The position numbers and the translations under genes were made by a program. The notes beneath the pieces are model-generated. The model was not told where the DNA came from. It made no database searches and was given only the letters and a program-made list of their open reading frames with translations. From contig NC_045696.1 in NCBI RefSeq assembly GCF_009834535.1, positions 9,488,001 through 9,552,000 on the forward strand: DNA of 64,000 nucleotides, written 5' to 3'. This document shows, piece after piece, positions 37,036-49,832 of the stretch; position 1 is the first letter of the stretch; each line of letters begins with the position of its first letter. Origin of the DNA: Camelus ferus (Eukaryota).

Positions 37036-39689
37036 GAAAAGTTATCCATTTGTCATTTTATTTCTAATGGTCAACCTGTGACTCCTTTGAATTCTGAGGT
37101 CTCAGAAGAATTCATCCCTTCATCAGTTTCAGTTTGGAAACTCCTGGTTCCCAGCTGTGGTTCCCAGAGGGTCAGCCACACCAACAGCACATCACTTAGT
37201 AAAGGGGAAAATGGATGAAACTGAAATCAGAAGTCTGAGTATGTCCTTTGTCCAGGGAGATGATACTATGATGAAAACCCTTTTTGCCAGCAGCTCCACT
37301 AAACAATGTTTTTGATTGTTAATTTGAGGAGTTTTCTTTCCTGTTAGAAAAGATATCCACCAAAGACACTAAGTTACAGAGGCCAGTTGTGTTCAGAAAG
37401 TTGGTCTGTAAGCCTCCTGTTTGAATCTCACCTGGAACTCTTATTACAAATGGTGATGAGCTTGGCCGGCCCTCAAAGGCTAAATAACCCCCTACTTATT
37501 TGCTGAATTCACACAAATGACGTTAATCTTGATTAAGCTGCACAGCAGGCATTTTTCCACAAAAATTCACAGGCTTCTCTGTTTTCTTCCTCCTTCTGTC
37601 ATTCTCCCAGAGCACTGGCACATCTTAAAGCCATATATGTTTGAGGTTTACATATGTTACAAAATCCACATTTCCATCGGTTTGGCTGAATCTGATTGTT
37701 GGGGAGATTAACTAATCAGGCACCCGGGGTCGCGGGAGCTGTTATCTGTCATCAGGTTAAATAACCAGGAGCCACTGCTGAGCAGAGCTGGACTGGGAGG
37801 GGTGTTGGTCCAGGATCCTATTTCATAAATAACCCTGGAATAAAGTCGAATCGTGTTGTCAGTTAACTCAGACTTCCGCAGGTCCCCTTACACAGCTGGG
37901 GAAATACAGGTGGAAGGTCCCACTGCCCGTGAAGCCATCAGATCCCAGAGTAGAAATCACAAGGTACCGCACAGCCTCACTCCTGACGGATGCTGTCTGA
38001 TGAGCAGTCCTGTGGCAGGTGCGCGCAGCAGCCTCCACTGAAATTCCGAAGCCAAAAGTGCTCACAGCCTGGTTACCAGGCAGCAGGCTGCGGAGGGCCC
38101 CAAATCATGTGCCCAGAACTCACGTGTGTCTCCAGCCCTGCTGGCAAGAGGACTCAGTAAAACGCAAGATGACAGACACAATGCAGGTGGAATCACGCAG
38201 AACACATCCTTTGCCATCGATCGGATGTGTTCCTTAAATAGCTTTTTGATAGAATGTATTTCTCATCTGAAGGTAAGTAGCTTAGAGCTATCCATCCCTG
38301 GGAAGAAAATCAGCCCCTCGAAATGTATTCTAAATCCAAAAAAAAGGCGGTAAATGGTGAGAGAAGTACAGCATTTCAAGTGGCTATTAATCCTCCAGCT
38401 ATAAGCACTGATTTGCCGTCAGCGAGCATTTAGGATTTCACATTTCCAGAATGTTGTGTGAATTAGCACCCACGGGAGATTTGGGTTTTCAGAGAGCTTT
38501 CACTTTAGGTGAAATTATACAGAACTCGCTTACAAGGTGAATAGATTTTCTCAAATATTAATTGCAAAGAGTTAAATACACTGTATGGACATGTTATGGC
38601 CAAAACTGAATCAGCCGGCAGCTGGGGTGCGTCACACTTCACAGCACTGAAAGAACCCTGGGGAATATGTGCATGAAGTGCCTATCAAGTCACCTTCATC
38701 TAAAGGTCAACAATTCGAATGGAAACTAATAAATAATTCACCTTAAAATTATTTGGGAAGACGTTAGTATATCAAAAAGAAAGACCTTTTTTCTCCCCCA
38801 ATTCTCGTGGCTTCTAGTTCTAAAGCAGGACATGTGAGAAATTGGTTTTCAAGTATACCGCCACTCTCGGCAATCTTTAATTCACATCTGAAGTTCGCAC
38901 TCTTGTGACTCACCAGCAGTGACATGGCCACCAGGTAGATGGGTTTTGTTCTCACCTACCTCACTTTGTTGAGCACCCCCTCCCCGCTGATCGTGAAAGG
39001 TCACTTTCATCATGGCTCTGTTTATGAAAGACAGGAGATTATTTGCGAGTGATTAAATGTGGCGCTTACATTCAATATTTCCTCTTCTTTCAAGATTCTG
39101 ATTAGGGATCCGATGACCATTCCACAGCGATTGAGAGCCAAGCGATGGCTGCAGCCCCTGCTCACAGCTCTGTCTTTCAAGGTCATCGGGGCCTCTTTCC
39201 TGGCTGGCATTCATATCCCGGTCATGTGGAATTCTCAGTGTTTCTAACTCACCGTGTGCTCTCTTCCCTCTGCTCCATTACGCATGAGTCCCCTGCCTAG
39301 AACATCACCCCACCGCCACAGGCCAGCTTGGGCTAACTCCACAGTGATGTGCACCCCCTGAGACCAGTCCCATGTCTGCCCTGCTCACCTCTGTCTGAAT
39401 CACTAGCAGCTACCCCTGTGCCCAGCCTGAGGCGCTCAATAAATATTACTGAAATAATTAACCGACTCCTTGACATTTGTCCTATGAGTCTCCATCATTA
39501 ATGTCTCTTCCCACTGAGAATCATTTCCAGCTACTCCTGCCGAGTCTCCCATGGTGTCCCGTACTTCTCCGTTATAATAGGTATTGATTTTAGCATAATT
39601 GTTAACTTGTCTGTCTTCCCTGTTAAAACTTCAGTGGAGGTGGGATTCCTGGTGGCCTGTGGCTCATAGTAAACATTCAATGAAAGCTG

Positions 39690-39780
39690 GAGGGAGGGAA
39701 GGATGGATGGATGGGTGGATGGATGGATGGATAGGTGGGTGGGTGGGTGGGTGGAGGGAGGGAGAGATGAATGGATGGGG
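39690..39780. repeat. (GGAT/GGGT/GGGA)n simple repeat
   Basis: 'ggagggagggaaggatggatggatgggtggatggatggatggataggtgggtgggtgggtgggtggagggaggg'. Confidence 0.85.
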
Positions 39781-41589
39781 ATTTCAGAAGATGAAGAGTA
39801 AGGGGGTCACTGAGAAAAATAGAAAAATAGTAAGTCCTGTTCCCCTCTCCCTCGGGGTTCAGTAGAACCAAAAGCAGCTCAGTGTTTTAATCCAACAAAT
39901 TGCCAGGTTGCTAGAGCAACAAGAAAGAAAGAGACAGAAAGGAGACATAATTGTGTTGGGGTAGAGCAGTAGATGAGAAAAGAAAAAAAAAACTTTGTTT
40001 TTAAAATTTTCTTTTCAGAACAGGGTGATTGGCTAGAGGGTGAGTGACTGGAAAGGAGCCTGAAAGAACTTTTCAGGACGATGAAAATGTTCTCTATCTT
40101 GATGGAGAAACTCAGTAGGAGGAGGTGTTACAACCACACAGCAGTAGTTTGAGCCCCACTCACAACTTCTTCCAACTGCAGAAGCTGATGGAGATGAGGA
40201 GGAGAAAGGGGCGGGGAGGGTGCTGCAGAGGAGAGGACAGCCATGGCGCTGGGCAAGGCCTGCGTGCAGGGGACGCGGCGCTGGCCCAGCAGGTCACAGC
40301 TCATACTGCTGGCCTGCAGATTTCAGGGCCCGTGTAAGCTGGCTGCCAGGGCCAGGGGACCCTGGTTCACCGCCACACAAGCCCCTTGGCCTGTCTGGAG
40401 GACCCAGAACCCTGTGGCCTGGAGCTTACCCAGTGCAACTGTGCTCGGTGGGGGGGTTGGAGACTAGAAAGATTTCCACCAAGTTCCTGAGACCACCCTG
40501 AAGACAGAACCTCCCTCTGAGGATGCGAACCCTGCAGTGTGGCTGGGGGTGGGGCCTCCAGAGGCAAGAACGGGACAGGAGAAGGAGGTCAGCTGGGGAC
40601 CGCTCCCATCCTCACCACCATCCCAGACCACAGACACAGGAGGGGCGGCCTGCTCAGCCGCCACAGGGGCCTGGCCGCCGAAGCCACGTGTACGGAGATT
40701 TTTATCAAGGTGTCCGATGACTGCTTTCCCCACTCCCGGCATATTTCTCGTGTTTTCAAAAACATGTTCTGTCCTAATGTCTGATTATTCTGAAAACTTT
40801 CAAGAGAGAGTTACCCCACAGATGGCCTTCCCGAAACACCAAAAGCATGAGTTAAACTGATTGGCTAACCTAGACCCGAAGTGTTGTGCTAGGCTATTTG
40901 TATGCCTCCGAAGAAAGATGCCCTGAAATTTCAGATCGTAGTGTCATTACACACAGTCCCTGTTCTAAAAACCAGAGTAGGGGGCTTTCAATATGCCAAA
41001 GCTGCTAGTTACTGGTGGCCCTCTCCCCTCCTATGTGGTTTGTGATGCAGTGGAGGTTTTTTTTTTTTAGGTTGTCATAACATGTAAAATGTACTTCAAA
41101 GCGCAGTGGAGTTTTAAGGAAAGGAATTGTATAAAACATAATATGACTGCTCAAAGATTCCTTGCCATCACTCAATTAGGTCCTCTCATAGGCAAGGGAG
41201 AATCTGGGATAGGCCACCCCTGAGCCAGCATTTCATCCTCCCAAGAGACATATTTGAGGCTGACGTGCTGATGTGTGTTTATTTCTCTCATCATTAGAGA
41301 AGTGCTTTCCTTCTTTCAGAAAGAAGTCTTGACATGCTTCTTGGATCAGGTCCTTGTTCCCTGCCCCCTCTCCCACCCAGCCGTCTCTCAGGAACTCCAG
41401 AATTGCACATCCGGCAGGGCATGCTGATTTCCCATCCGCATTTCCAGGTGGCAGCCCTGTCCACCCTGTGACTCAAGCTAGGGCCATGACTCAAGTCAGG
41501 GCCAAGGAAGGTGGCCTCTGGCTCCTTATCCCCCTCTTCTGTCACTTTGGTCACTCTGTCTTCTGTCTTTAGGACATGCCCCCTGTGCT

Positions 41590-42170
41590 CCAACCCCATC
41601 AGACCCTCATCATTTCTCACCCTACTCTAGGCAATGCTCCCCCAACCATTCTCCACAGTGCTGCTCGAGTGAGCTTTCTAATGTGTATGTCTGACCTTCG
41701 TACCTCCTTCATCTTCATGCCGAAGTCCAAACTCAGTCTCCTAAGGTGCCCCCATCTCCCCTGGGAGTTCTTCCTCCCCTCCCGCCAAGGCTGTAAGCAC
41801 AACGGGTACCTGCGCTTCTCTGGACGTTCCTGCCACGCTTCTGCCTCGGTGTCTCACCTGCAATGCCTGTCTCTGACCTTCCAGCTTCTGGTTGTTCTCC
41901 AGGACCCTTCTCAGGCCTCGTGTCCTTTGGGAAGTGCCTGACCCTTGCCTGTCCCACCAAAGAGAACTGCGTGTCCCTGCTCCAGCTGCTGCAAAGCCAC
42001 TGAGTCCCCAGCACAGCTCTCACCCCACTGAGCTAGACCCCAGGGGTTGGCCTCCCTTCCAACCCCCAGCCAGTTCACCAGCTCTTTCAAGTGACTTGCC
42101 TCTGACTTCTCAGCACCCAGCAGGGGCTTAGAATGGAATCGTCACTCAATAAATATCTGTTGGATGAATT
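41590..42170 (+). mobile_element. LINE-2 fragment (diverged)
   Basis: 'cattctccacagtgctgc', 'aagtccaaactc', 'cacctgcaatgcc', ending 'cactcaataaatatctgttggatgaat'. Confidence 0.55.
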
Positions 42171-43363
42171 GCTTACAACCCAGCTTGATTCTTTTTTCTT
42201 TAACTCTGGATAGACGCAGTTCCCCCCAAACACAACTGAGGGGCTGAGTCTGCAGGCAGTGGAGGGGAGTGGCACCTAAGGCAGATGAATACTTCACAGG
42301 GGTGTTCGTGTTTTCTTAATGAAGAATCTGTGTGCCAACACGGAAACCCGGGCCTGGCTTTCCCAGGGTGTGTCTAGGAGAGGCTGGTTCTCATCTCTGT
42401 GCCCCCTGGCTGTGTTCACATTGTGATCTGCCCGACCCACCCAGCCAGTTTAATTAAGCAAAAGCAAGAAATCCCTAAGTGATGAGAAGGCACTTCAAGG
42501 ACATGATTAGTCTAGACACCCAGCAGTTTTCCAAAAGGTTATCCCCTTGGGGTCTGTAGGGCTCCCCAGTTTTTGACCTTCACCTGCAGTGTGGAACCAC
42601 TGCAGCCACATAATTCTGAAGGCACAATAGTGATTCACTCCTGAGGAGTTCCCCTTAGGGCCTGGAAGCAAAAGCATCTCTGAATAATGTAAGGCATTTA
42701 ACATACAAGTGCTGTGCCGCTCAGCCGACAGTGTATGTTGAAATCATTTCTAAACAATATTCCATAAAAAAATATTGTTGTTAAAAATGTTTATTTATTT
42801 ATTTTTTTCAGAACCCTCTGTCTTCTCTTACTGAGCTCAACACACGAGAATTTCTACCAACTTGGAGGTGGAAACTGAGTGTCCTGAGGGTGGGGTGACT
42901 GGGAGACACCCCATGCCAGGCCCTTTTCAGGGGTGTAGTCTGACCTCTTTTGAGCTGGAGTAACCAGCTGGGGGTGTTTGCATTCATTTTGTTTCCCTTT
43001 TTTTCACACAAGAGGGGAGATGGAGAAATCTGCATAATGATATTCAACAGGGCTCAGGACGCATCAACAGAGAGAGTGCAGGGAAACCAGCGCATCCCCA
43101 GCTCGTAGGGGTTGCAGCGTGAATTAGAGCACATTTGTTTGCACCCCGATGTCAACTGGTCCTGCTCGGGTCTCTAAGACCTGGGTGAGTTCAAACTCCA
43201 ACTCCGTAGCTTAGGAAGCCCTGAGCGCATGCAGGATGCCTGCTGCTTCGGGCCTCACACTGTCTCAGCCCTGCTCTCTTCCCTCTGGGCTCATACCTCC
43301 TGGGTCACAAAGTGTGCCTGAGTCATCAGCTTCCACAAGAAATCAAAAGGACAGAAAGAAGGG

Positions 43364-44218
43364 TTTGGTTTGGTTTGTTCGTTTTAAACATCTTTACTGA
43401 GCTATAACTCACATACATGCAAATCACCTGTTTAATGTATGCAATTCAATGGTATTTGGTATATTCACAGAAATGTGCAACCATCACCACAGTCAATTTT
43501 AGTGCATTTTCATCACCTCAAAAAGAACCCCCCACCCTTTAGCTACACCCCGTCTCCTCTATCTCCCCGTCCTTCCCCTGCCCTGACCCCAGCCCAGCAC
43601 TAAGCAACCAGCAGTCTACTTTGTTTCTCTACATTTCCTTACTCAGGAACTTCACATGGACAGAATCATATAATATTCTGTGGCTGACATCTTTCACTTA
43701 GCATAACGTTTACGAGGTTCATCAGTGTCATAATGTATCAACACTTCATTCTTTCATGGCTGAATAATGTTTCACTGTATAGGTACACAACTTTCTGTGT
43801 ATCCATTCATCAGTTGACGGACATTTGGGCTGCTTCCACTTTTTTTGGCTTTTATGAATAATGCTGCTGTGAACATTCATGTGAAGTATCTGTGTGGACA
43901 TACAAAGTTTTTATTTCTCTTCGGTAAATACCAAGAGTAGCGGAGCTGGGTGATATGGTAACTCTATGTTTAATCATTTGAGGAACTGCTTTTCTGTTTT
44001 CCAAGGCAGTTGAATCATCATACATGCCCACCAGGAGAGTGTGAGGGTTCCAATTTCTCCACATCCTTGCCCGGACTGACTGTTTATTGGTATCTGATTT
44101 TTTTTTTTCTGGTCATCCTCGTGGGCATGAAGTGGCATCTCACTGTGGTGTGAGTTTGCATTTCCCTGATGACTAAGGGTGTTGAGCACCTTTTCCTGTG
44201 CTTAATTGGCCATTCATC
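43364..44218 (-). mobile_element. LINE-1 (L1MB-like) 3' fragment
   Basis: 'atccattcatcagttgacggacatttggg', 'atgaataatgctgctgtgaacattc', 'gagggttccaatttctccacatccttgcc', 'tttgcatttccctgatgactaa'. Confidence 0.85.
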
Positions 44219-45412
44219 TGGATTTGAGAGGTTGGGGGGGGGGGTCTCATCTTGCAGAACATTCTACCATCTCACTCTCCCTCTCCTTCTTCCTCATCCT
44301 CTATCCTCTTGAATCCCACATGCCCCAAACACTCACCTAGATCCAAACTCTTCTCCCTCCACAACATGCAGTGGGGTCCCCTTCCTCTGAAGGCCCCATG
44401 CCAGTCGACACAAGGGCCAGGGCTCAAGGTCTGCCGACAAAGGTAGGACGTTTGACACCAACTGCTTAGATGAAAATTTCTCCATCTTCTTGCATCTGTG
44501 TAAGTGGCATATGGGAGTGGCTTACTAGGAGATAACTGTTAGTATTGGCAAGCATTTCAATGTGCATGCTCACTCCTTTGGAGTGCTGCAAATTCACACA
44601 GAGAGGAGCTAGTCCAAAATTTCAGAGGGAAGGAAGGAGTCTGGTGGCACATGTTGAAATTCTGGACCCCAAAGTGCTCACTTTTCATAAGGATGTTCTT
44701 CCCTTAAAATAAAACAGGTGGTTTTCTGAAGAAAGAGACTTTGGAAGATGAGAAACTCACCCATGTCTGATGGTAGCCATGGTGGGATTTGAATGGAAAG
44801 CTCAGAAATTCTAGAGCCGTACTTCTTAAGGGAAACTGTCATGGCTTCATAAGTATTGTGACTTCTGATCAGAGAGTCATCTGACCAGCCTTGGCTGAAT
44901 TTCAATCCCAGGCCTGGGCCCTGAACAACTCTTTGCACTGCACATGCATGTCCTCAATGCACTCTTGTCGACTGACGGATGGACCAGGTCATCAGGTGGG
45001 GTCAGGGGGCTGAGCGCAGGGGGTGGAGTGGGGCAGGGCACAGGCTCTCCTCGTCATCGCACAGTGTGTGCTCCATCCAGGAAGGCACTAGGGGTGATCA
45101 GGAGTGGCCAACAAAAGAACTCCAAGGTAAGCCTACACCTGTATAAAGGATGGGACATGTCCTGCAACAAAAAGCCAGTCTGAGTTTTGGTCTTTATTCC
45201 TGGTGGGTGCAAAGAGATAAGAAACTAACAAGCTGGGTGACTTTGTCAAATGGGCAAGCCACCCTCAGGCCAGTGTCTTCACCTGTTGAATTCATTCATT
45301 CACTCATTTATTCATTCATCTCTGAACGGTTATTGAGTGCCTGCTAAGTAGCCAATACAGGGTGAAATGACGGAGCTAGAGATGAGTCCAAATCCTCATA
45401 ATCCAGCCAGGA

Positions 45413-45985
45413 TGAAACCGAGCAGGACTCTGAGGGGCCCTCCCGAGTTCAAGACCCATTCCACGTCCCCCACTTCTTGTTTGTAGGAAAATGGTGTCAG
45501 CCTCTTAGATCTTCCCTGAGTTCCAAAATGTAGATTCAAACAATTACTAATTAAAGGAGTGAGAGAAGGCAGAAGCAAAGGGAAGGCAGCCAAGAAACAA
45601 TAGTGCAGATGGGAACCAGGGTCCTGGCTCCACCTCGTGGGATGTACTTAACAAGATAGCTCTGAGTTCTTCTACAGGAACTAAGGCCCCCCACCCCTCC
45701 AGGTGGAGGACCCCAGACTGACTGGAACCAGGAGGCTGAAGACCACCCTGTCACCTCACCACCCACCAATCAGAGGAAGGTCACACTCCCTGTGCCCCTC
45801 CCCCCAAGTTTTGCCTGTAATAATTCTTCCCAAGAATCATCAAGGAGTTCGGGGTTTTTGAGCAGGAGCTGCCCAGTTCTCCCTCCTTGGTGCTTTGCAA
45901 TAAACCTTTCTCTGTGACAAACTCCAACATTTTGGTTTGTTTGGCCTCGCTGTGTGTCAGGGACAAGAACTCAGGTTCAACAACA
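45413..45985 (+). mobile_element. Solo ERV1-class LTR
   Basis: TG...CA termini, 4-bp TSD AGGA (45409-45412, 45986-45989), CCAAT 45766-45770, AATAAA 45899-45904. Confidence 0.8.
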
Positions 45986-47319
45986 AGGATTGAATGCAAG
46001 AGGAAGGATTGGGCCATTCTACCTTAGGGAACCCAGGAAAGGTTCCTTCAGCGTGTGATGTTAATGTTGGCTCTTAACAGATGGGAAGGACTCTGCCACA
46101 GCGATCAAAAAAAGGAAAGGTGTTTCAGATTGTTGGCACTGCAACAGCAAATGAAATGGAGTGTTTATCTTGTCTTTGCCCAATTCCCAGGGCAGCCACA
46201 TTCCCGCTCTTACTGAAGTATGGGACTTACAGGTCCACATCCACTGGTTGGTGATAACACCAAGTTCAAAGCCTGCCTTGGGGTCTACTGCTCCCCAAGG
46301 CTAACAGCAAACCTGAGGCTCGGGATTCTTGTTGAACTCATTGTTCCTGGAGTCCAGGGTGTAGCTGAGGTGGACCTTGACTGAAGACTAACAGATGCTG
46401 GCCGTCATTAGTCGGCAGAAGTCATGGACACTCCAGCTATAGAGCTAGGGCCTGCGGAGGTGAGGTCATAGTTCAGGGGTGGGTTCTCCTGTCTGGACCT
46501 GTTCCTGGGGCACTGGCACGGGGCCCGCAGACTCAGAGTTTCCTTCTGTGTACCAACCCTTACATCCCCAGGCTCCAATGACTCTTTAATTCTCCCATGT
46601 TCTCACCAACCACGCCTCTTGGACCCAGGGACTGTAAACCTTCCCATCCACCTCCACCCAGCCCTCCGGGTCCTGAAACCCATTTTGCAGGCGCTGAAAC
46701 CAGTGTATGATCTCAGTTTCTTTCTCAGACAGTTGAGTATCTACCTCTAGGACCATATCAAGAGCAGAGTCCTGGCAACAGGCGTATCCTCCCAGACCAG
46801 TGGGTGCCTGTCCCCACACCCATGCTGGAGCCCCCTCCCCATTCCCAGTGGAGCTGCGAGCACCAGTCCTCGAGGTCTGCCTGGGGACGTGCTCTCATCG
46901 CTGCCTGCAGCAGACTACTGCCGTGTTCAAGGCTGTGGGGGCCCTTTCCCCGTCACTTTTTCTTTGGACAGAACTTAACGATAGTAGATAGCCTTGACTT
47001 GCCTGGTCCTACTCTCTGCTGCGATATGTATATGAGTTCCTGGTCCCCCTTCCATGAGATCTGGGATGGTCTTGGCTGCTCAGCTGTGCGCTTACTGGGC
47101 AGTCCAACTTCCATGGTAGTGCCGCTCCTTGCCTGGCCTTTACACAGGCTTATCTCGCCTTTCCCAGAGCAGAAGACAGCAGAGGCAGACCAGAAAGAGT
47201 CCTGTAGCTTTGGGCTGAGGGTGGATGACTCTGGACAAAGTCTCACCTCTCTCAGCCACCCCAAAGCAGAATTTGGCAGGAAGCACCTAATTTTAAAGAA
47301 AATTAAAATTTTTGTACCT

Positions 47320-47590
47320 TTGTGAAAGCAGGAAGTTACAACTTAGAGCCAGAGAGGCAGGGAGTCAGGGCACCATCCGCCTGGTTGTTCACATTTCAGG
47401 GAGATGGCTCCAAGGCCCCCAAGAAAAGCATTTCGGAGAAGCCAGACTGTAAAAGGCTTACTTCGTTTTCTGAAAGGTTTACACACATCTCAAAGAAACA
47501 AAGAAAGAATTCTAAAAGGAATGCTCTAAGAAAGCGAGTTTCCCTTTTGGCCCCAGGGAAAATCTTTTTGTTTGTATTTACGGTTACACT
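47320..47590 (-). mobile_element. Probable ERV LTR fragment
   Basis: Minus strand starts 'tgtaaccgtaaatacaaacaaaaagattttccctggggcc' and has LTR-like composition; family not identified. Confidence 0.35.
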
Positions 47591-47889
47591 GCCCAGGGCA
47601 TTAGGAACAGTTGAGAATCCACTGAGGGGCACTGGGAGGATGGTCCCCCAAGCCCGGGGTGGAACTGCCCTGTAGTCCACTAGGCTGGCCTTCCTGGCTG
47701 CTGGCCACTTCGCTTCTGGGGTCGCTGGCTAGTCCCAGAGCTGCCATTTCTCCAGCTCTCAGGAGCGCCTTCCCAGATCCTGGTCCCCACATTTTCCTTT
47801 TCTCATCCCCACCCTCATCTCTCTGTCTGAAATCTACTGTATGTTGCATGGAGTGACCTTGGAGACACAAACATTTTTCTTATTTTTGA

Positions 47890-48056
47890 GCCACTGGAAT
47901 ATTCTAAATAGTTCCAGAGGTGTCACTAGGTCCTGGGGAAGTGAATGAAAAATCCAGATACCTGGGACTCTCCCCACACCGATGAAACCAGAACCTCTGG
48001 AAGTTTTTAAAGCTTCCCAGGATTCTACAGTGCAGCCAAGGTTGGAAATTGCTGGC
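47890..48056. mobile_element. MER5-like DNA transposon remnant
   Basis: 'cagatacctgggactctccccacac...aaagcttcccaggattctacagtgcagccaaggttggaaattgctg'. Confidence 0.5.
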
Positions 48057-49286
48057 AGGGGCAGAACGTGGAGAGATCTTTTGTGTGTTACTAGGGAGTC
48101 CGGACCGGAGCCTTTGAGGAAGGCAAGGCCCTTGAAACTTTGCAGGGAGAGGGAGAATAGGATTGGGGATTCTGAAAGATGTTCTGGCAGCCGTGCGGAG
48201 GGTGGACAGGAGAGGAGCCAGGCCTGGGGACCAGGTCGTAGGCTTTCGGATAATTCAGGTGAGAGCCATCTGGGCCGGGGCTGGGGTAGGGGCAGCAAGA
48301 CCAGGGAGAAGGGACAGAGACTGAGAAGAATTAAAGAGGAGCTTCGACCTTGCTCACCATCACTCAAGGTCATCCTGTCCCCTTCTCTCTGCTTTTAGGT
48401 TACTGTAGTCTAAATCAGTTTCCCGAAGAACAGGAGTTAGTGTTCAGACCAAGAAGTCAGGCAGGTGTCCCCTCATGAAGGGGCAGACCCATCTGCTTCT
48501 ACCACTCATCAAAGTCAAGTGTAAGGTAATTCTAACAGGGGGATGGTCGGGGAAAGAAAGTCTGGCTAATTTTATCTATTCTTGCTGGTACAAATTTTTA
48601 TCGTGTGGTTACATTACGTAGATAAAGGAAAACCAAATTTGTGATGGTAAAAAGCATCATTAAACAATTTCTGCACGTGGTTGATGTTTTGTGGCAGATT
48701 CAGAGCTCCTGGGATGGAATGTTTGGGATTAAATCCAGGATTGCTGTCCTCCACCTTCTTCCCCTTGTTCCTAAAAGTCTGTGAAGGAGAGTGACCCATT
48801 TCCCAATCTATTTGGCAGTAGAATTCCCTAAAATGCAATAAAAGAGCCTTCACTGTGGGGCTGAAGTCCTGAGCATGGGTTCAGATTGGTGGAAATCTCA
48901 GATGTGAGCTAATCAATCACTACTTCTCCCCAGTAGGGGGCAGTGTTTACTGCTCAGTCCTCAACCCTGATGTAAGGTGCCCCCTACAGGGACAGACAGT
49001 TTCTTCTTTTCCTAACTCAAGCCTGTTAGTTCCAGTTTCCAACCATAGCCGCAGGAAAATGTGCCTCATGTGTGAGAATTCAGCAAGAATGATGGACGTG
49101 ACTCTTTTTCATCCAGAAAACCTGGATCTACTTTTGCCTCCTCTTCTTAACAGACATTTCAGCAACCTGGCCAGTTAACCACCCCTCCTTCTGGAGATGC
49201 TTTATTTCCCAGACTTGCAAGGCGGTATCTCTCTTGGTTTTCCTCATCTCTCTTTGCTCTCAGCCTCCTCTCCTGCTTTATGCTCC

Positions 49287-49832
49287 TGAGAGACTGAATA
49301 GACAAATGGACAATGGTCAGATCATATATAAAAAGAGAACACTGACCCACGACCTGCAGCAACCTGTCCAGGAACCCATACCCTGGTCTATCGTAAGCAG
49401 CCCAGGAAGCCAGCCTGCTGCCGGTCAGACGTGTAGAAGCCAGACTGCCACGCCTAGTAACAATACAGGAAGTGCATCGATAACTCCGGCAACAACTGGC
49501 CCCAAGTGGCCAGGACTTAGTAACTGATGGCTTTCCAATTTTTGTCCCCACTTCCAACTTCAGGCCAACCAGAGAAAGCCAAATATGTGCCTTAAGCATT
49601 CACGCAGGATGTCCGGCTCCAATTACCCCACCTCCAGCTTCCCCAGGCCCACGGCCTCTGATCAGCGCACACTGAAGCCCTCTCTTTTGTCCACTGTGAG
49701 GCTTTCCCACTCCTCTGCCCGCCTTGACTCTCTGCCAAAATGCAAGTGATAGTGGCTGACTCTCTAGCTACCAAAAGCTCTGAATAAATAGCCTTTGCTT
49801 TTCTCATTTGATTGTTCTTCATTATTTCCACA
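49287..49832 (+). mobile_element. Solo ERV1-class LTR (MER34/MER39-like)
   Basis: TG...CA termini, 4-bp TSD CTCC (49283-49286, 49833-49836), AATAAA 49783-49788. Confidence 0.75.

Noticed and set aside
37125..37135. ISRE-like AGTTTCAGTTT past the RCAN1 poly(A) site
   Set aside because: Single imperfect match with no supporting context.
43852..44189. ORFs resembling database 'hypothetical proteins' (MWRNWNPHTLLVGM...)
   Set aside because: Frameshifted translations of an L1 ORF2 C-terminal remnant.
45413..49832. Possible full provirus bounded by two LTRs
   Set aside because: The LTRs differ in sequence, each has its own TSD, and no gag/pol/env remnant is visible between them.
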